A stretch of 58,492 nucleotides of DNA, filler included, from Sphacelaria rigidula (GCA_964200075.2; 10 parts of 10 records of this genome joined end to end with filler, not necessarily neighbours in it); one strand, 5' to 3'. Counted from the first letter of the whole stretch, positions 37,151 through 49,985 are shown. Notes: generated by a model from the sequence alone, not told the origin. A program made the numbers and translations.

Positions 37151-37914
37151 TAGTACACACATAATTTGGCGCTTTTAAATCATGAAAGAATCCGCAACAT
37201 ATCGGCAAAGTGCAAGTGGGGCAATCGCCAAAATATTCACATGCAAACTCTTCCCCAGGGCACTGTAAGTTACTATTGCTAGAAAAACACTACTATAGCC
37301 ACCTTGCTGGCTGCCAGACTGTCAGCACATGAGATACGCTAGTGTTGCTACAATCTGTACGGGTATTTTGCCCCCTTGTCGGGTACGCTGGCGAGGGTCC
37401 GTGGCAGAAGGCAGTGGTTACGCGAGAGAAGCTTAACCTTGCCCTGTTCAGCTTGGTAGACCGGAAACCTTCAGCCCCCGACCCTCGTGTTTATGAGGGA
37501 TCCTGGATGCTGCTTCTTTGCTGAGTTTCTGCGAGCGTTCATCCCTAACTGGCCGAAGACCGACGATTGACACAGGCAGGATCCGTGCCGCCCCGCCAAC
37601 CCGTCCGATGCCGTACCCAGTACAATCGCCATCGGATAGGAAGCGCTAAATATAAAAAATACTGGTGAACCTGATATCCACCGTTTCAATGCAGACCGGG
37701 CCCCCACCGCCTTGTGCGGATGCGGCTCCGACGGTGAGACGCTGATGTTGTACCTTTCAGCACACCCTCCAAGCTCCGGCATCATCACGAGCGAGGTGCG
37801 GATTTTCTTCCCGCCCAACCTTCAAAAACACCGCCACCATATATTATGGAAAAGGAACAGCACTGCATAGTCCAACTTGGCCCACCTGCGGGGGGGTCGC
37901 TGTCTATGGGTCAA

Positions 37915-38149
37915 CCCTTTTGGAACCGTTGATTGGAAAATGACGAGTTACATTCGACATTTTCTTGGGCAAGATATGGTTGTTATTCCGTAAGTGTGGA
38001 TGATACAGCCCACCGAAACGGTGCACCGCTTGAAGTTCTCAAGTGAACTCATGTGACAGATTAGTGCACCGAACTCGAAGTGACGTTTCCCCGGTGACGA
38101 AAGCTCGCATATGGGAGTTTATACTGTTTTTCGCGAGTTCCAAAAAGGT
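37915..38149. mobile_element. ~235-bp TIR element (piggyBac-like ends); second copy at 48163-48393
   Basis: CCCTTTTGGAAC...GTTCCAAAAAGG; full-length similarity between the two copies; TTAA flanks decayed. Confidence 0.75.
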
Positions 38150-39928
38150 TCACGTAAGCCGCTCCTTGAGGTACGAAGAAAACATCAAGAAATACCCTCT
38201 TGAGCTATTAATACGAGTATTCAGCGCCAATATTTGCCGGAATACGGGCCTTGGCACATTGTGCTAATTTACCTCGGAAATATTTGCTATACTTTCCAAG
38301 AATATTCTGGCGCATTTTTCCCGTCAGTCGTGCGCTCAGTTTCACTCTTGGCCGCACTAGCAATCTCTCGAACAAGCCACGAAAAGATTTCTGAGTTCAC
38401 TACAAAAAACGCGTACATTATTGCAAGGAACGCGGTATTTGGGGGGAGCAGTTTGAGGATCGTTAATCCGACCAATAAAAAAAAAAGTGAGCGCACGAAA
38501 TATCAGATTAGTGCGCTATAATAGAATCCTCTTGGAAAGTGCAGCGAATCCTTCCGCGAAGCACATTTGCCAAGACCCGAATTTCGGCGACAACCGGTGC
38601 TGAATTTCTGACAAAAAGGGCACTTCTCGGCAAGTTGTTTCTTGTTTCATAAGAAGCGGTCTTACCACTTCAGCGCAGGGCCTCGTTTCGGAGCAACACC
38701 ACCACCTGATCTTCGCCCCTGAAATTCTTCACGCTAAAGCTCAGCAGCCCCCTCTGTTTGCGAGTGCCACCCCAACTAACATATTTCATGTATTTCATGT
38801 ATTTCATGATCCCCTGTCCCTGAGTCCGGTACGAATTATGGTATATTTCAGGCATCGGTTCCAAGGACGGGTGGTATCTGATCCCTCACATCGGAACATG
38901 AATATAACCTTATCCCTCTGACCGCGAACCCTCGTTCGGTCCAATGTTTGGTCAACAATCCCTTGGAATTATAAATTCTTCGAAATGAGATCTAATTTGA
39001 GGTAGTCGGATGAATTGGGCAGACTTCGAAAATCAAGATATTGGAGTGTTGTTGCAAACACAACGCTTTATCAGCCGGTCGCTGGACAGTCAGCTCCGAG
39101 TTAAACAGTCAAGTCACGCCATGCTGTCAGCCACAAGCAGTTCATGTTCCTACCACCAGCACACGCTGCACTGGACTCTACCGTCTCCTAGCAGTGCTTC
39201 CCCATCAAAACAAGCTCCCGGCTGTACTGGCACCCGGCACGGCGGTGGGGTTGATATGATGTGCAGTAGACCTGCTTCAAATACTTTTACTTGATTCTGG
39301 TGGAGGCGTAAAGGAAAAATCTGTGCGCCAGCGGTGAACGACGTCAAATGCCGGTATTTTTTCCCTTCCGTCAGACTTTGATCCCCTCCCCTTCCTCAGG
39401 ACGAATCCAAAGTTTCACGGAATCTACCTACCAACCTCTCCCCCCGTATATGCTGCTGATATATATATATATATATACATATATTTAACCATATTTATAT
39501 ACTGATTTCAGTATGCTCCATGATCTATGTTGATTTCAGAATAGTTCTAACATCACCCAAATATCTCGAATAACCCCTCCCTCGCCCCGTTGTTCCGAGA
39601 ACTGCGAGTCGGTAATACTATTCCGAGAAGAGGTCTTGTGCCCAAGGGGTTAATTGCAGTCGTATTAACCCTTTGACCTGCCACGGTAGGTCATCTGAGT
39701 ACTACATTTTTTTCAGTGAAAATCATGCCAACTTATCAAATGTTTTACCCTGGCGGGCAAAGAGTCAACGCCGCAAAATGGGGGAAAGTTGTATCAGCCT
39801 TGCCCAGGCATGCTGCAACGGTCACTCAGCTGGAAGGCTGTTTCGCGCACGACTACTTATCTCGTCCAAAATACTTTCGTAACCCCACCATCTCTATCAC
39901 TCATTTTTCACTTTTTTTTCCGGAACAG

Positions 39929-40184
39929 GTTAGCGGAGGAGAGCCTGAGCCCTTCGAAGTCGAACTGCTGAGCGACGTAGAGGGCGTCGATGCCACAGGC
40001 CACGTGGACATGCGCGGCCGTGACTGCTCGGATGGTGACGACGAGTGTGGCTTTCACGAGGAGGATAGGTGGATGGGCAATATCTGGTCTCAGCCGAACA
40101 GGGCAGTCGTGATGAGCTATTTCTGCGTGGGATTCGCGATGCGATTTCTGGGCACGCCCCTGTCTTACTACTTGGTGCAAATCG
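39929..40184 (+). CDS. Exon of a membrane transporter, likely folate-biopterin transporter (BT1/FBT, MFS) N-terminal region
   Basis: Polypyrimidine tract + aacag acceptor, G|gtgaga donor; acidic N-tail then WSQPNRAVVMSYFCVGFAMRFLGTPLSYYLV, resembling TM1 of stramenopile BT1 proteins. Confidence 0.65.
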
Positions 40185-40336
40185 GTGAGATGGAGGGGGG
40201 GTGAAAGGGATGTTGATTGATGCATTGATTGACTCATTGATTGACTCATTGATCACCACACAGTAACCGATCCTTCGGGGATCCAGCACATGATAAAGGC
40301 TGGTTCACGCATATCATCCAAAGAACACCCATCGGC

Positions 40337-40600
40337 AAAACTTCACGCCGTTTTAAGGAGTTAAACCCTGAAATTTTGCACGAATGTTCTATGGGTCATT
40401 ACGCAACTTTGCAGGAACGGGGTTTTTCGACTTTTTCACTTTTTCCACCGTTTTTTGGGGAAACCTCGACCCAATCGGACCCCCGTGAAACGGTAACAAC
40501 AAAAAAATCGAAAAACCCCGTTCCTGCAAAGTTGCGTAATGTCCCAAAGCACAGTTGTGCCAAATTTCAGGGTCTACCTCCTTGAAACGGCGTAAAGTTT
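40337..40600. repeat. ~100-bp-arm inverted repeat
   Basis: cattacgcaactttgcaggaacggggtttttcga / tcgaaaaaccccgttcctgcaaagttgcgtaatg core is perfect. Confidence 0.9.
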
Positions 40601-42722
40601 TTGGCCTTTGTGCGATGAAGTATGCCGTACCGCGGTGTAACCGCAAACTGCTTGATTTTAGTACCAAAACGGCGTTTTTGGGCCTTCTGCGATGTGAACA
40701 TGGAAATTCAAGCATCAAATGATCGAGTCTTGCGACGAAAATTTGTGGAGCCCATACTTGGGTTGTGCCGAGGTAGATAGTGTGCGAAAAAATGAAGAAA
40801 AATATCGTAGTGCCGTTTTTCTGGGGTCCCAGAATGGAGACTACCTCGAAAAACGACTTCGATCCCGTCGGACCCCCGAAAAACGGTGAAAAACTTAAGA
40901 AGTATAAAAAACATCNNNNNNNNNNNNNNNNNNNNNNNNNNNNNNNNNNNNNNNNNNNNTTAATTAATTAANNNNNNNNNNNNNNNNNNNNNNNNNNNNN
41001 NNNNNNNNNNNNNNNCTCTTTTTTCGTGCAACCAAATACCCCCCCCCCTATCGTAGGATGACTCTCAACCGCGTCCCCACATTATCTGATGCTTCTTGCG
41101 AAACGACATTCCTGGCGGATCTACCGCGCGGGTAATGCCCGACATCCGGCACCACCACGTCCCCACACCCCCTCTCCCTTTCGCCACTCACCACGTAACC
41201 GCCTTCATCTTCACCAAAATTACCCATGTATTAACGCACACGTCGTCGCCTGTCGTTCCCGATGCGCACCATAAACTACGCGCTGGATGCAGTTACGGGA
41301 GCGGGATGTACGCCCGTAAAGATCCCCACCGAATCCACCGCAAATGCTGCGACCACACAAGTTGTCATCAACGTTCGCCCCGAAGACGTCAATCGTCTAT
41401 ACGAGCTACGCAGAAGCGCGGCAGATCGACTGACTGTCGACATACATCTGCCGGATAGGCGGTGAGACACGACGACTCGCACCGACATATATGTATGAAG
41501 AACATTTTTGAACCGTTACGTGCACGCGTAGCATGGAAGCAAGAGCACCCGGAAGAAGAAATCCGAAGAACTGCAGTACCTAACTGCGTTTTGCACTTGT
41601 TATTTGCCCTGCAAGTCATGCTACACGAGGGGTGCGGGGAATTTTGGAGCCGGGTTGTTCCAATCAAGTCCACGTTAGTCGCCGTTGCAAGCAGGAAGTA
41701 GTTGATATATCGCGCTTGATTCCGATAAGTAACGCACAGCATCTGCCCGAACACAAGCGCACCGCGAGTGTTTTATGTCGTTTGACGCGTCTATGAGCAT
41801 ATTTTACCGTGGAATCGCAAATCTACCCCCACCGGAACCACCACCACTCATCGTAGGATGGATCCCATGCTGAGAGGAGGAGGAGGACGAGGAGGAGAGG
41901 GGGCGGTGGTTGGAGGTGGGGGGTGGGGGGACACAGACATTGATTCGACCACAAAACATAAAATCCCAGTAGGTCTGAAATCGCATATCATGCTGCACAT
42001 GACGAACGGTGATCACCACACACTTAAACGCATATCATGCTACACATGACGAACGGTGATCACCACATGTGTCACCTGCGTGCATAAGTTTCACCGAAGA
42101 TGAGTCAAGGTTTCGGGTCATGGAAATCGTGTAACTTCCGCCTACGGCAAATACAGCCCTTTCACGAACCGGCGTGCGTAAGGAGCGTGAATGCTGAGAA
42201 ATAACCCTCATTAGGATGGGACACCGTACATATCGGTATATGTCGCGCGTCAAACAAGATTTCGCATACATTGAAAATTCCGAGAAAATCCAAAAGCCCA
42301 GGGTATTACGAAACACATATCATCTGTATACCATGACCAGTGATCTCCACATGCGCAATATGCGTATTCAAAAGCAGCAGTGGAGTCAAACTCAAAAGTC
42401 GTCGACATCATCCAAGTCGCACCTGCGAGAATAGCCCTTTCACGAACCGGCGAGCGTAGAGGTCGTGAATGCCCAAATTGCACTGAATCAGGAACGGAGA
42501 CGATACCTCTGAGAATAAATACAGCGTAGAACACCGTCAATTTGGCCAGTTGCCGGGATAGGTACCTTGCAGTATGATATCAGTTTCATCGTGCCAGTGT
42601 CTTAAATGTAAGCCTGGGCGCATAATTTCCTGCAGGAAACGCGTGAGTGCGCGTCACACCCGATGGCCGACTCGAGATGATCATGCAAATTTATCTGATT
42701 ACAACCCGACGGGGTCATTAAG

Positions 42723-45089
42723 TTGTATACCCTCCCGTCATCGCACAGGTGTACGACGGACGGGCTTGTCCAACAACGGCGTCTTGGCGCAAGGACAGAC
42801 GATACCAAGATGACGCATGTCGGTACCCACCCCAGGCGCACATCCCATCCCACAGGGTGTGGCCGCCTCGTTAATCAGAACGTGACGTTGGGCTCCTACG
42901 CCGACAACTCTGGGGGTGATGATGACCTCTACGACGGCACCGCGACGGGCGATTCAAGGGACGGCACGGGAGGAAGAGAAGCCCCGACAGTTGGTGTGAG
43001 ACACGACGGTACCGGCGACGATGAGGACAAGAGTCCTAGTGACGGCGGGAGCTACGAGGATGCCAGCCACGACAATGCCGATGAGGGCGGTACTGGGGAG
43101 GATGCCGTCGCACGCGACGGCGCCGCGGCCGGTAAATCGAACAATCGTTCTGAAGGCAAGGGAAAGCGCAAGTCGGTAATGGCGGGGAAAAAACAGACCC
43201 CGATGGTTCGTCTTAGACACGACGATACCGGCGACGATGAGGATAAGAGTCCCAGCAACCGCGAGAGGCATGAGGACGCCAATCACGACAATGACAATAA
43301 GGGCGGCACTGGAGAGGATGCCGTCGCAGCCGACGGCGCCGCGACCGGGAAATCAAACAAACGTTCCAAGGGCAGAAGTAAGCACAAGTCGCTCACGCAG
43401 GGGAAAGAAGAGACCACAGTGGTTGGTCTTGGACACGACGATACCGGCGACGATGACGATAAGAGTCCTAGCGGCGGCGAGAGGCATGAGGATGCAAAGG
43501 TTAGCGATGACGATGATGTCGGTGCTTGGGAGGATGCCGTCGCACGCGACGGGGCCGCGACCGGCAAATCAAACAAACGTTCTAAGGGCAAGGGAAAGCG
43601 CAAGTAGCTCACGCGGAAAAAAAGAGAGACCCCGGTGGTTGGTCTCGGACACGGCGACGCCGGCGACGATGACGATAAGATTGCCAGCAACCGCGAGAGG
43701 CATGACGCCAACGACGACAATGACGATGAGGGCGGTACTGGAGAGGATGCCGTCGCACGCGACGGCGCCGCGACCGGGAAATCAAACAAACGTTCCAAGG
43801 GCAGAAGCAAGCACAAGTCGCCCACGCAGGGCAAAGAAGAGACCACATCGATTGATCTTGCACATGACGACACCGGCGACGATGACGATGAGCGTTCTAG
43901 CGACAGCGAGAGGCATGACGACGCCAGGGTTCACAATGACGATGAGGACGGTACTTGGGAGAATGACGTCGAACGCGACGGGACCGCGACCGGCAAATAA
44001 AAAAAAACTTCCAAGGGNAAAAGCAAGCGCAAGTCGCTCACGCAGGAAAAGAGAGAGACCCCGGTGGATGGTCTTCGACACGACGATACTGGTGACGATG
44101 ACGATAAGAGTCGTAGCGCCGGCGAGAGGCATGAGGATGCCCACCACAGCGAGGACGACGAGGACGCTACTTGGGAGGATGCTGTCGTACGCAAAGGCGC
44201 GGCGACCGGCAATTCAAATGGTCGTTCGAAAGACGAACGCAAGAGCAAGTCGCTCACGCGGGGAAAAGAAGAGACCTCGATGATTAATGTGGGACACGAT
44301 GGTACCGGCGACGAGGACAAGAGTCGTAGCGCCGGCGAGAGGCGTGAGGACGCGAACGACGACAATGACGATGAAGACGCTACTTGCGAGGGTGCTGTTG
44401 CACGCGACGACGCCGCGACCGCCAAATCAAACAAACGTTCTAGAGGCAGACGTAAGGGTAAGTCGCAAATGCGGAAGAAAAAGGAGACCGCGGTGGTTGG
44501 TTTTGGACACGTCGATACCGGCGAAGATAAGGATAAGAGTCGTAGCGGCGGCGAGAGTCATGAAGATGCCCACCAAGACGATGGCGATGAGGACGCTACT
44601 AGGGAGGATGCTGTCGTCTGCGACGGCACCGCGACCGGCAATTCAAACGATCGTTCTAAACGCAATCGCAAGCGCAAGTCGCTCACGCGGGAAACAAAAG
44701 AGCCACTGGTTGTTGATGTTGGACCAAACGATACCGGCGACTATAAGGATAACAGCCGCAGCGCCGGCGAGAGGCATGACGATGCCATCGACAGCAATGA
44801 CGAAGAGGACGCGACTTGGGGGGATGCTGGTGTACGAGACGGCGCCACGAGTGGCAAATCAAGCGATCGTACTAATGGCAAACGCAAGCGCAAGTCCCTC
44901 ACGCGATGTGACGGGAAGGACACCGACGACACCGGTGGTGCTAATATTGACACAGTTAGAGGCGAAGATGCGGTGGTAGGCCAAGGGACGATGAAGCGAG
45001 GCAGTGGTGTACGAGACCATGGAGAAGAAGGCAATGATGAGGGTTCAAATCGTCCGCGCATGATCGAGGGGTCTACCGAAGAGATGTGA
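42723..45089 (+). pseudogene. Single reading frame of ~9 tandem 213-216-bp (71-72 aa) acidic/basic repeats, interrupted by two in-frame stops
   Basis: ORFs 42723, 43635 and 44064 share one frame; unit starts ~43000, 43216, 43432, 43648, 43861, 44077, 44293, 44506, 44722; stops TAG 43605 and TAA 43998 replace Ser codons. Confidence 0.75.
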
Positions 45090-45294
45090 GGATGATGGGG
45101 TCGATACGAGCGACAGCACGCAAAAAGTAACATTGGGTCTGTGCATATGGGGGGCATGGGCGTGTGTGTGGGGGGGGAGTGTCGTGGAGTCCTTGTTTGC
45201 TGTCGTTTCATACCATGTAGTTCCTGAAGCGTTGTAAATCGGGCCTATGATCACCAACGCCCCGAACGCGCTCTGCGATATACCGCTGGCGATG

Positions 45295-45383
45295 CTTACC
45301 CTGTTCAACAGGGTCAATTTCTCGATAATGGGTGAAGGTGCTTACCCTGTTCAACAGGGTCAATTTCTCGATAATGGGTGAAG
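45295..45383 (+). repeat. ~45-bp tandem duplication containing the palindrome ACCCTGTTCAACAGGGT
   Basis: gcttaccctgttcaacagggtcaatttctcgataatgggtgaag x2. Confidence 0.9.
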
Positions 45384-46874
45384 ACGGCTGCGTTCCCGTT
45401 CGCCCAATTTCGATACATGAGTTCAAGTACGGTGTATCAAGAGTGCTCATAGACGGCCCGTTCGCGTGCCCAATATGTCAACAAAGAGACGGCCAATCCC
45501 GGCCGTAGTTAATCGGTACGCAGTGTGTTGACTTCCCTTTATTTCGCATGAAAGTGAAGAGTGGCGAGGAACCGGCCTGATTATATCTGTGTCTGTATGT
45601 GTGTGTGTGGGGGGGGGGGCGTGGAACAATGTGTAGGGAGGCCATGTCGATCTGTGCAATATGCGAACGAGCGTCGCATTATACGATCGTTCGAATGTCC
45701 TTGGGTGTGTATGGTCATAGGGTGCATTCGGTGTTGTGGCGACATGTCTTTGACACTTTCTACGATAGCCCCCCCCAATAAAGTGCATGGTTTTGGGAGG
45801 CAAAATCTTCACGTAAATCGAGATGGGAAAAGCCGAGCNNNNNNNNNNGATGCGTCTGTAGCGCCCCCTGTCCATCCCTTTATCGCCACAACTCTCCTTC
45901 GGCACTGGGGAGCAGGGGCTATCGTAGAAAGTGTCCTTTGTGCAAACAACTTCCGCCGTGGCCGCGGGTAGAACGCCCGTTCTGAAAGTGGCTACTATGT
46001 TACCTTCGTACAGTAGAACACAAGATACGCGGGTGGTGGTCGGAGATGTGAAACAACCACCCATCGGTCTACCAGGAACGTTTTTATACCGTCGACTTTT
46101 TCATCCGCTAGTGGAGGATGTTCGCACGCAGGCACAACAACACGCCCGTTTGGAAAGTGGATACTGAAGCTCTCGCCGAAACAATGACGGCGTAACTGAG
46201 CATGAATGTATGCAATATCCATGAACCCCCTTGTTTCGAGCAACCAAATACTCCCCCCCCCCCTGTCGTAGGATGACTCTGCGATGGAGAAAATCTGGAC
46301 AATCAACGTCCCGCACATCCGTGGTGGGTTTTAGCGATTTTCTGTTGGTGTTCCCGAGCCAGCGCTTGAAATCGTGTGCGGTGAATTAGGCACACCGGCA
46401 CTGTTGTCGGTACTGCCGATGTGATTCGAATGCATTCACCCGAGACACTCACAGACCCAGCGCTGCCAAAGGGGACATAACCCATGATTGGCGACCATTG
46501 GTCGCCGCACAGGTCCTGCATTTCAAGCAATGGCGCACTTGGGATAAATCACACGATCACGTCTACTGAGGACGAATATAGGCCGACGTCCATGTGATCA
46601 CTTCAAACTCAATAGTGTTTGCGTCGGTTGTGGTATTATCACACATAAATGCACCACATCGCTGGCGTCCATACTATGTGACACGCACCTGTGTGCTGTT
46701 GCCTGGTGAAACTGCGCAGATGTACTGGCCCTGGAGGGACTAACCCTCGGAGATAACCCGATCTTCACTGTATANNNNNNNNNNNNNNNNNNNNNNNNNN
46801 NNNNNNNNNNNNNNNNNNTTAATTAATTAANNNNNNNNNNNNNNNNNNNNNNNNNNNNNNNNNNNNNNNNNNNN

Positions 46875-46950
46875 TGCCTTAGTCGTTTGACCATTGACCA
46901 CGTATCCCTTACGAGACGGAGCACCGTTCCTACTCCTAACAGAGACACCT
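46875..46950 (-). mobile_element. LINE 3' end fragment (same family as 50333-51120)
   Basis: gaccattg.ccac...ccctt.cgagacggagcaccg.tccta.tcctaa.agag.cacct at both sites. Confidence 0.7.
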
Positions 46951-47416
46951 GAAGGGAGGGGAGGAGTAATCATTATTTCAGTACGATGTGAGATATATTT
47001 CGGAACCAAGGAATTCATCGCCCCGCGGGCGGCTGGTGCTACGGTGCTGACTGATCAAGTGGGCCGCATCCTCGAGCGGCTACTGGGCATGCCCGGCACA
47101 TTCATACCACTCTGACTTTTCGGATTCCCGTGATCACTGTATCATGCATGGATGATGACGAAAAAGAACCAAGTACACACCCTATGCTCCCTTGTAACAA
47201 CCCTTCTGACCCTGGTTCTGTTCATTACTTTCGCATCCACGCCACCCCGTTATCCCGCAGGAGGACCCGTATCTTGTAATGTGACTTGTGTTCTTGTGGA
47301 CACGAGATGGATTTTGATCGTCTGGAGCATGTACAGAAATGTTCTTGTACATCTCTGTTCTCGCTTCGCCTCCATCACCCAGATAACTTTCTCCCCCTCC
47401 CCCTCACTCTCGCCAG

Positions 47417-47549
47417 CGTGGTTTTGCCCACGAGCGCCGAGGCGAATATCACTGCTCAATTTGTGGCGCTGGCAGAGGAGAAGGCGTCTATTATCGTGCT
47501 TCTCGCTGAGGGTTTCGATGGTAGCGTTGTCAGAGCAATCTTCAGCGAG
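47417..47549 (+). CDS. Venus-flytrap (ANF_receptor/periplasmic-binding type 1) domain receptor, exon a
   Basis: gccag|VVLPTSAEANITAQFVALAEEKASIIVLLAEGFDGSVVRAIFSE|gtacgt; typical helix + IIVL strand. Confidence 0.75.
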
Positions 47550-47651
47550 GTACGTGTGTGTGGAAGTGTATGCAGCCATGACTTATCATATCTTGAGTGT
47601 CGTTGGTTACCGTCATTTGTGCATTGTAGCTTTTACGGATTGTACTCAACC

Positions 47652-48013
47652 GGTCGCCCCGGTGGCTCAGTTGGCAACCTCGAAACCTTCTGACGGTTGG
47701 GTCGTGGGTGCGAATCTCGGTGAAGTCAGACGTGTAGGATTTTTCTGCACACTATGCCCAACAGGGGAAAGGGACTATGTCGCGGGTACACAAAATTCGA
47801 CTTCACGGTCGACGAGGGAAAGGGATCGCTGAACCCCTTTCGCGATGAAAAATAAGGCAAGCGCCGCAGAAGGAAGGTGGGGCACTAATACAAAAGAAAA
47901 CAGGAAGTCTCCTGTGTTGGCCTTCCTCCGGTGTGATCCCGACTGATTCGCCCACCTGTACCGCAAGGAGTAAACTGGCGCCCAGAATAGATGGGATGAC
48001 ACACACACACACA
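47652..48013 (+). mobile_element. Full-length tRNA-derived SINE (family A)
   Basis: A box TGGCTCAGTTGG (47663-47674), B-box-like GGTGCGAATCT (47707-47717), (CA)n tail; two more copies in other contigs. Confidence 0.85.
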
Positions 48014-48162
48014 CCCTCGAATGGAAAATTGTGACATCGGCGGTAAACTCTCCTTAACGGCGAAAAAATTCGGGGTCTTCGCCGCCGGAGCAGCGACACA
48101 CTCTCAAGAGAGCATTGATATTCTGATAGCATTCAGTGGTGTCGTTACGGACTCATTTTCAT

Positions 48163-48393
48163 CCTTTTGGAACCGTTGATGGAAAAATGACGATTTACAA
48201 TTGACGTTTTGTTGTGCAAGATATGGTTGTCTTTCTGCAAGTGTTGATGATGCAGCCCACCAGAACGGTGCAATACTTCAAGTCCAAGTGTACTACTGTG
48301 ACGGATTCGTGTCCCCAACTCGAAGTGACGTTTTTCTGGTGACGAAAGCTCGCATATGGGGATTTGTCCTGTTATTCGCGAGTTCCAAAAGGG
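48163..48393. mobile_element. Second copy of the ~235-bp TIR element
   Basis: ccttttggaac...gttccaaaaggg; matches 37915-38149. Confidence 0.75.
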
Positions 48394-48664
48394 TCGAGCC
48401 CTGTTCGCCTTTGAAAGGGGAGGACAAGCTTCTGTCGTCTGTCGCCTCATGTTCCTCTTCCTCTCGTTGATGGTATTCCCCTCGATCGGTTTTCGCCCCT
48501 GCACACCAAGTCACCCTCCCTCCTCGTTATCCTCCCCCGCTGCACGCACTACTACATACACGCCACTTGTCTTGTATTTTTGCGATAGTCGCTGATAGCT
48601 CGGACCCACCGACGGCGGCATGCTTTTTGTTTGTTGTCGTTGTTGTTGTTCTCGTGGTGCGTAG

Positions 48665-48821
48665 GCTCGAAGTGCGGGCTTGGTCGAAGACGTGCAGTGG
48701 TACCTTTCCGGTGCTGCGGCGATGGATGAGGTGTTCGAGGAGAACTCCACGTACCGTGACACCGAGCTGGCCCACGATATGCGAGGCTTGCTCGCCGTGA
48801 GACCATGCACGCCGCTTACAG
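48665..48821 (+). CDS. VFT-domain receptor, exon b
   Basis: gtag|ARSAGLVEDVQWYLSGAAAMDEVFEENSTYRDTELAHDMRGLLAVRPCTPLT G|gtacga. Confidence 0.8.
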
Positions 48822-49259
48822 GTACGATGAAACGGGCACGTGTGTGTTATATTGCAGGCCGTATAATGACGTTACGGTGCCTGGCGCAATATTTATTTCC
48901 TCCCTTGTTTCTTCCTCCGAAGCAATCAATAACAAGCCATGAATGTCATTCGATACGTTGGAGAAAAAAAATACCTCGTATGCGCGTGGTCGGTGCAGAG
49001 CACTACGGTCGCCGTTCGTAGGGGGTGCGTTGTAGCGGGTGTGTACCAAACGAGCACCACCATGTACAAAGCAAAAGTTCGGGAGGGGGGGGAGGGGATT
49101 GCGCTCATCCACCGTGGAGACGGTAAGATCGATTTGCTCGTATTATTTGTAATGCAGTGTCGTACAGGATGCGGTGTGACGCAACACCTTATCACCTCAT
49201 AACCCTTGCTTCGTTGTTTTATTGTTATTTTATTCCATGCGCGCGTGCAACACTAACAG

Positions 49260-49476
49260 GCTCCGGAGCCTATCTGGCGGAAGACCTGGCGACCACGTGG
49301 CAAAACCTTGACCCGCTAGAATATCCCGGGGCGGGGCCAGGCACCTTGACGGCTGACGGCAGAATAGATCCGCTTTTGGCTTTCGCGTACGACGCCGTTT
49401 TTGTGGCGGCGTCCGCCGTCGGAGTGGTGCAGGATGAAGCTCCAGGGGGCGACATTGCTGGCTTTGTGCCCGACTT
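49260..49476 (+). CDS. VFT-domain receptor, exon c
   Basis: aacag|GSGAYLAEDLATTWQNLDPLEYPG...LAFAYDAVFVAASAV...|gtgcgt; AYDAV motif. Confidence 0.85.
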
Positions 49477-49612
49477 GTGCGTGTGCTGTGATGGGCAGTG
49501 TTCGTGAAGTGACTTGGGTGTTGATTCGCGTGGGTCGCTATTTGGCGAGCGTGCATCGTGAGCTCGCGTGCCTGCTTCGGTGTTGCTGCTTGCTGTTCAG
49601 GGTAGCGTGTGG

Positions 49613-49648
<36 letters not shown>

Positions 49649-49985
49649 TGCTTCAATTGATGCCACCCTATCATTTAAATTGTTTCGCGTTTAATGCGTA
49701 GCGTTGTGTAGCGTCGGCAGGTGTGCGACTGACCCCCCACGCCCCATTCATGAGCCCGCAATCGGTTCAACAGCCACAATCGGCGATCTCTCCTGTTCAA
49801 GCGATGTTGCAGTACAAAGTCCATTGTGTGTACGTGTGTGTGTTCACAGAGAAGTAGATCAATGGATGTTCCCTGCCTGTGTGTTTGCTCGCATATTGAC
49901 CCCACAACGAGAACCTGAATGATTCTCGCATATGCACACCGTTGTCTTGCTGCCACTCATTACCACCACCACCATCACCACGCAG

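Noticed and set aside
43237..44979. Alternative-frame Thr/Met/Arg-rich ORFs in the 216-bp repeat
   Set aside because: Probably shadow frames; the D/E/K frame is the one continuous over the whole array, although the frame is not proven
47261..47340. Extra exon of the VFT receptor after cccgcag
   Set aside because: No convincing donor or phase-compatible join identified
47652..47730. Intact tRNA gene
   Set aside because: B box mutated, no clear acceptor stem, and it continues into a multicopy SINE body
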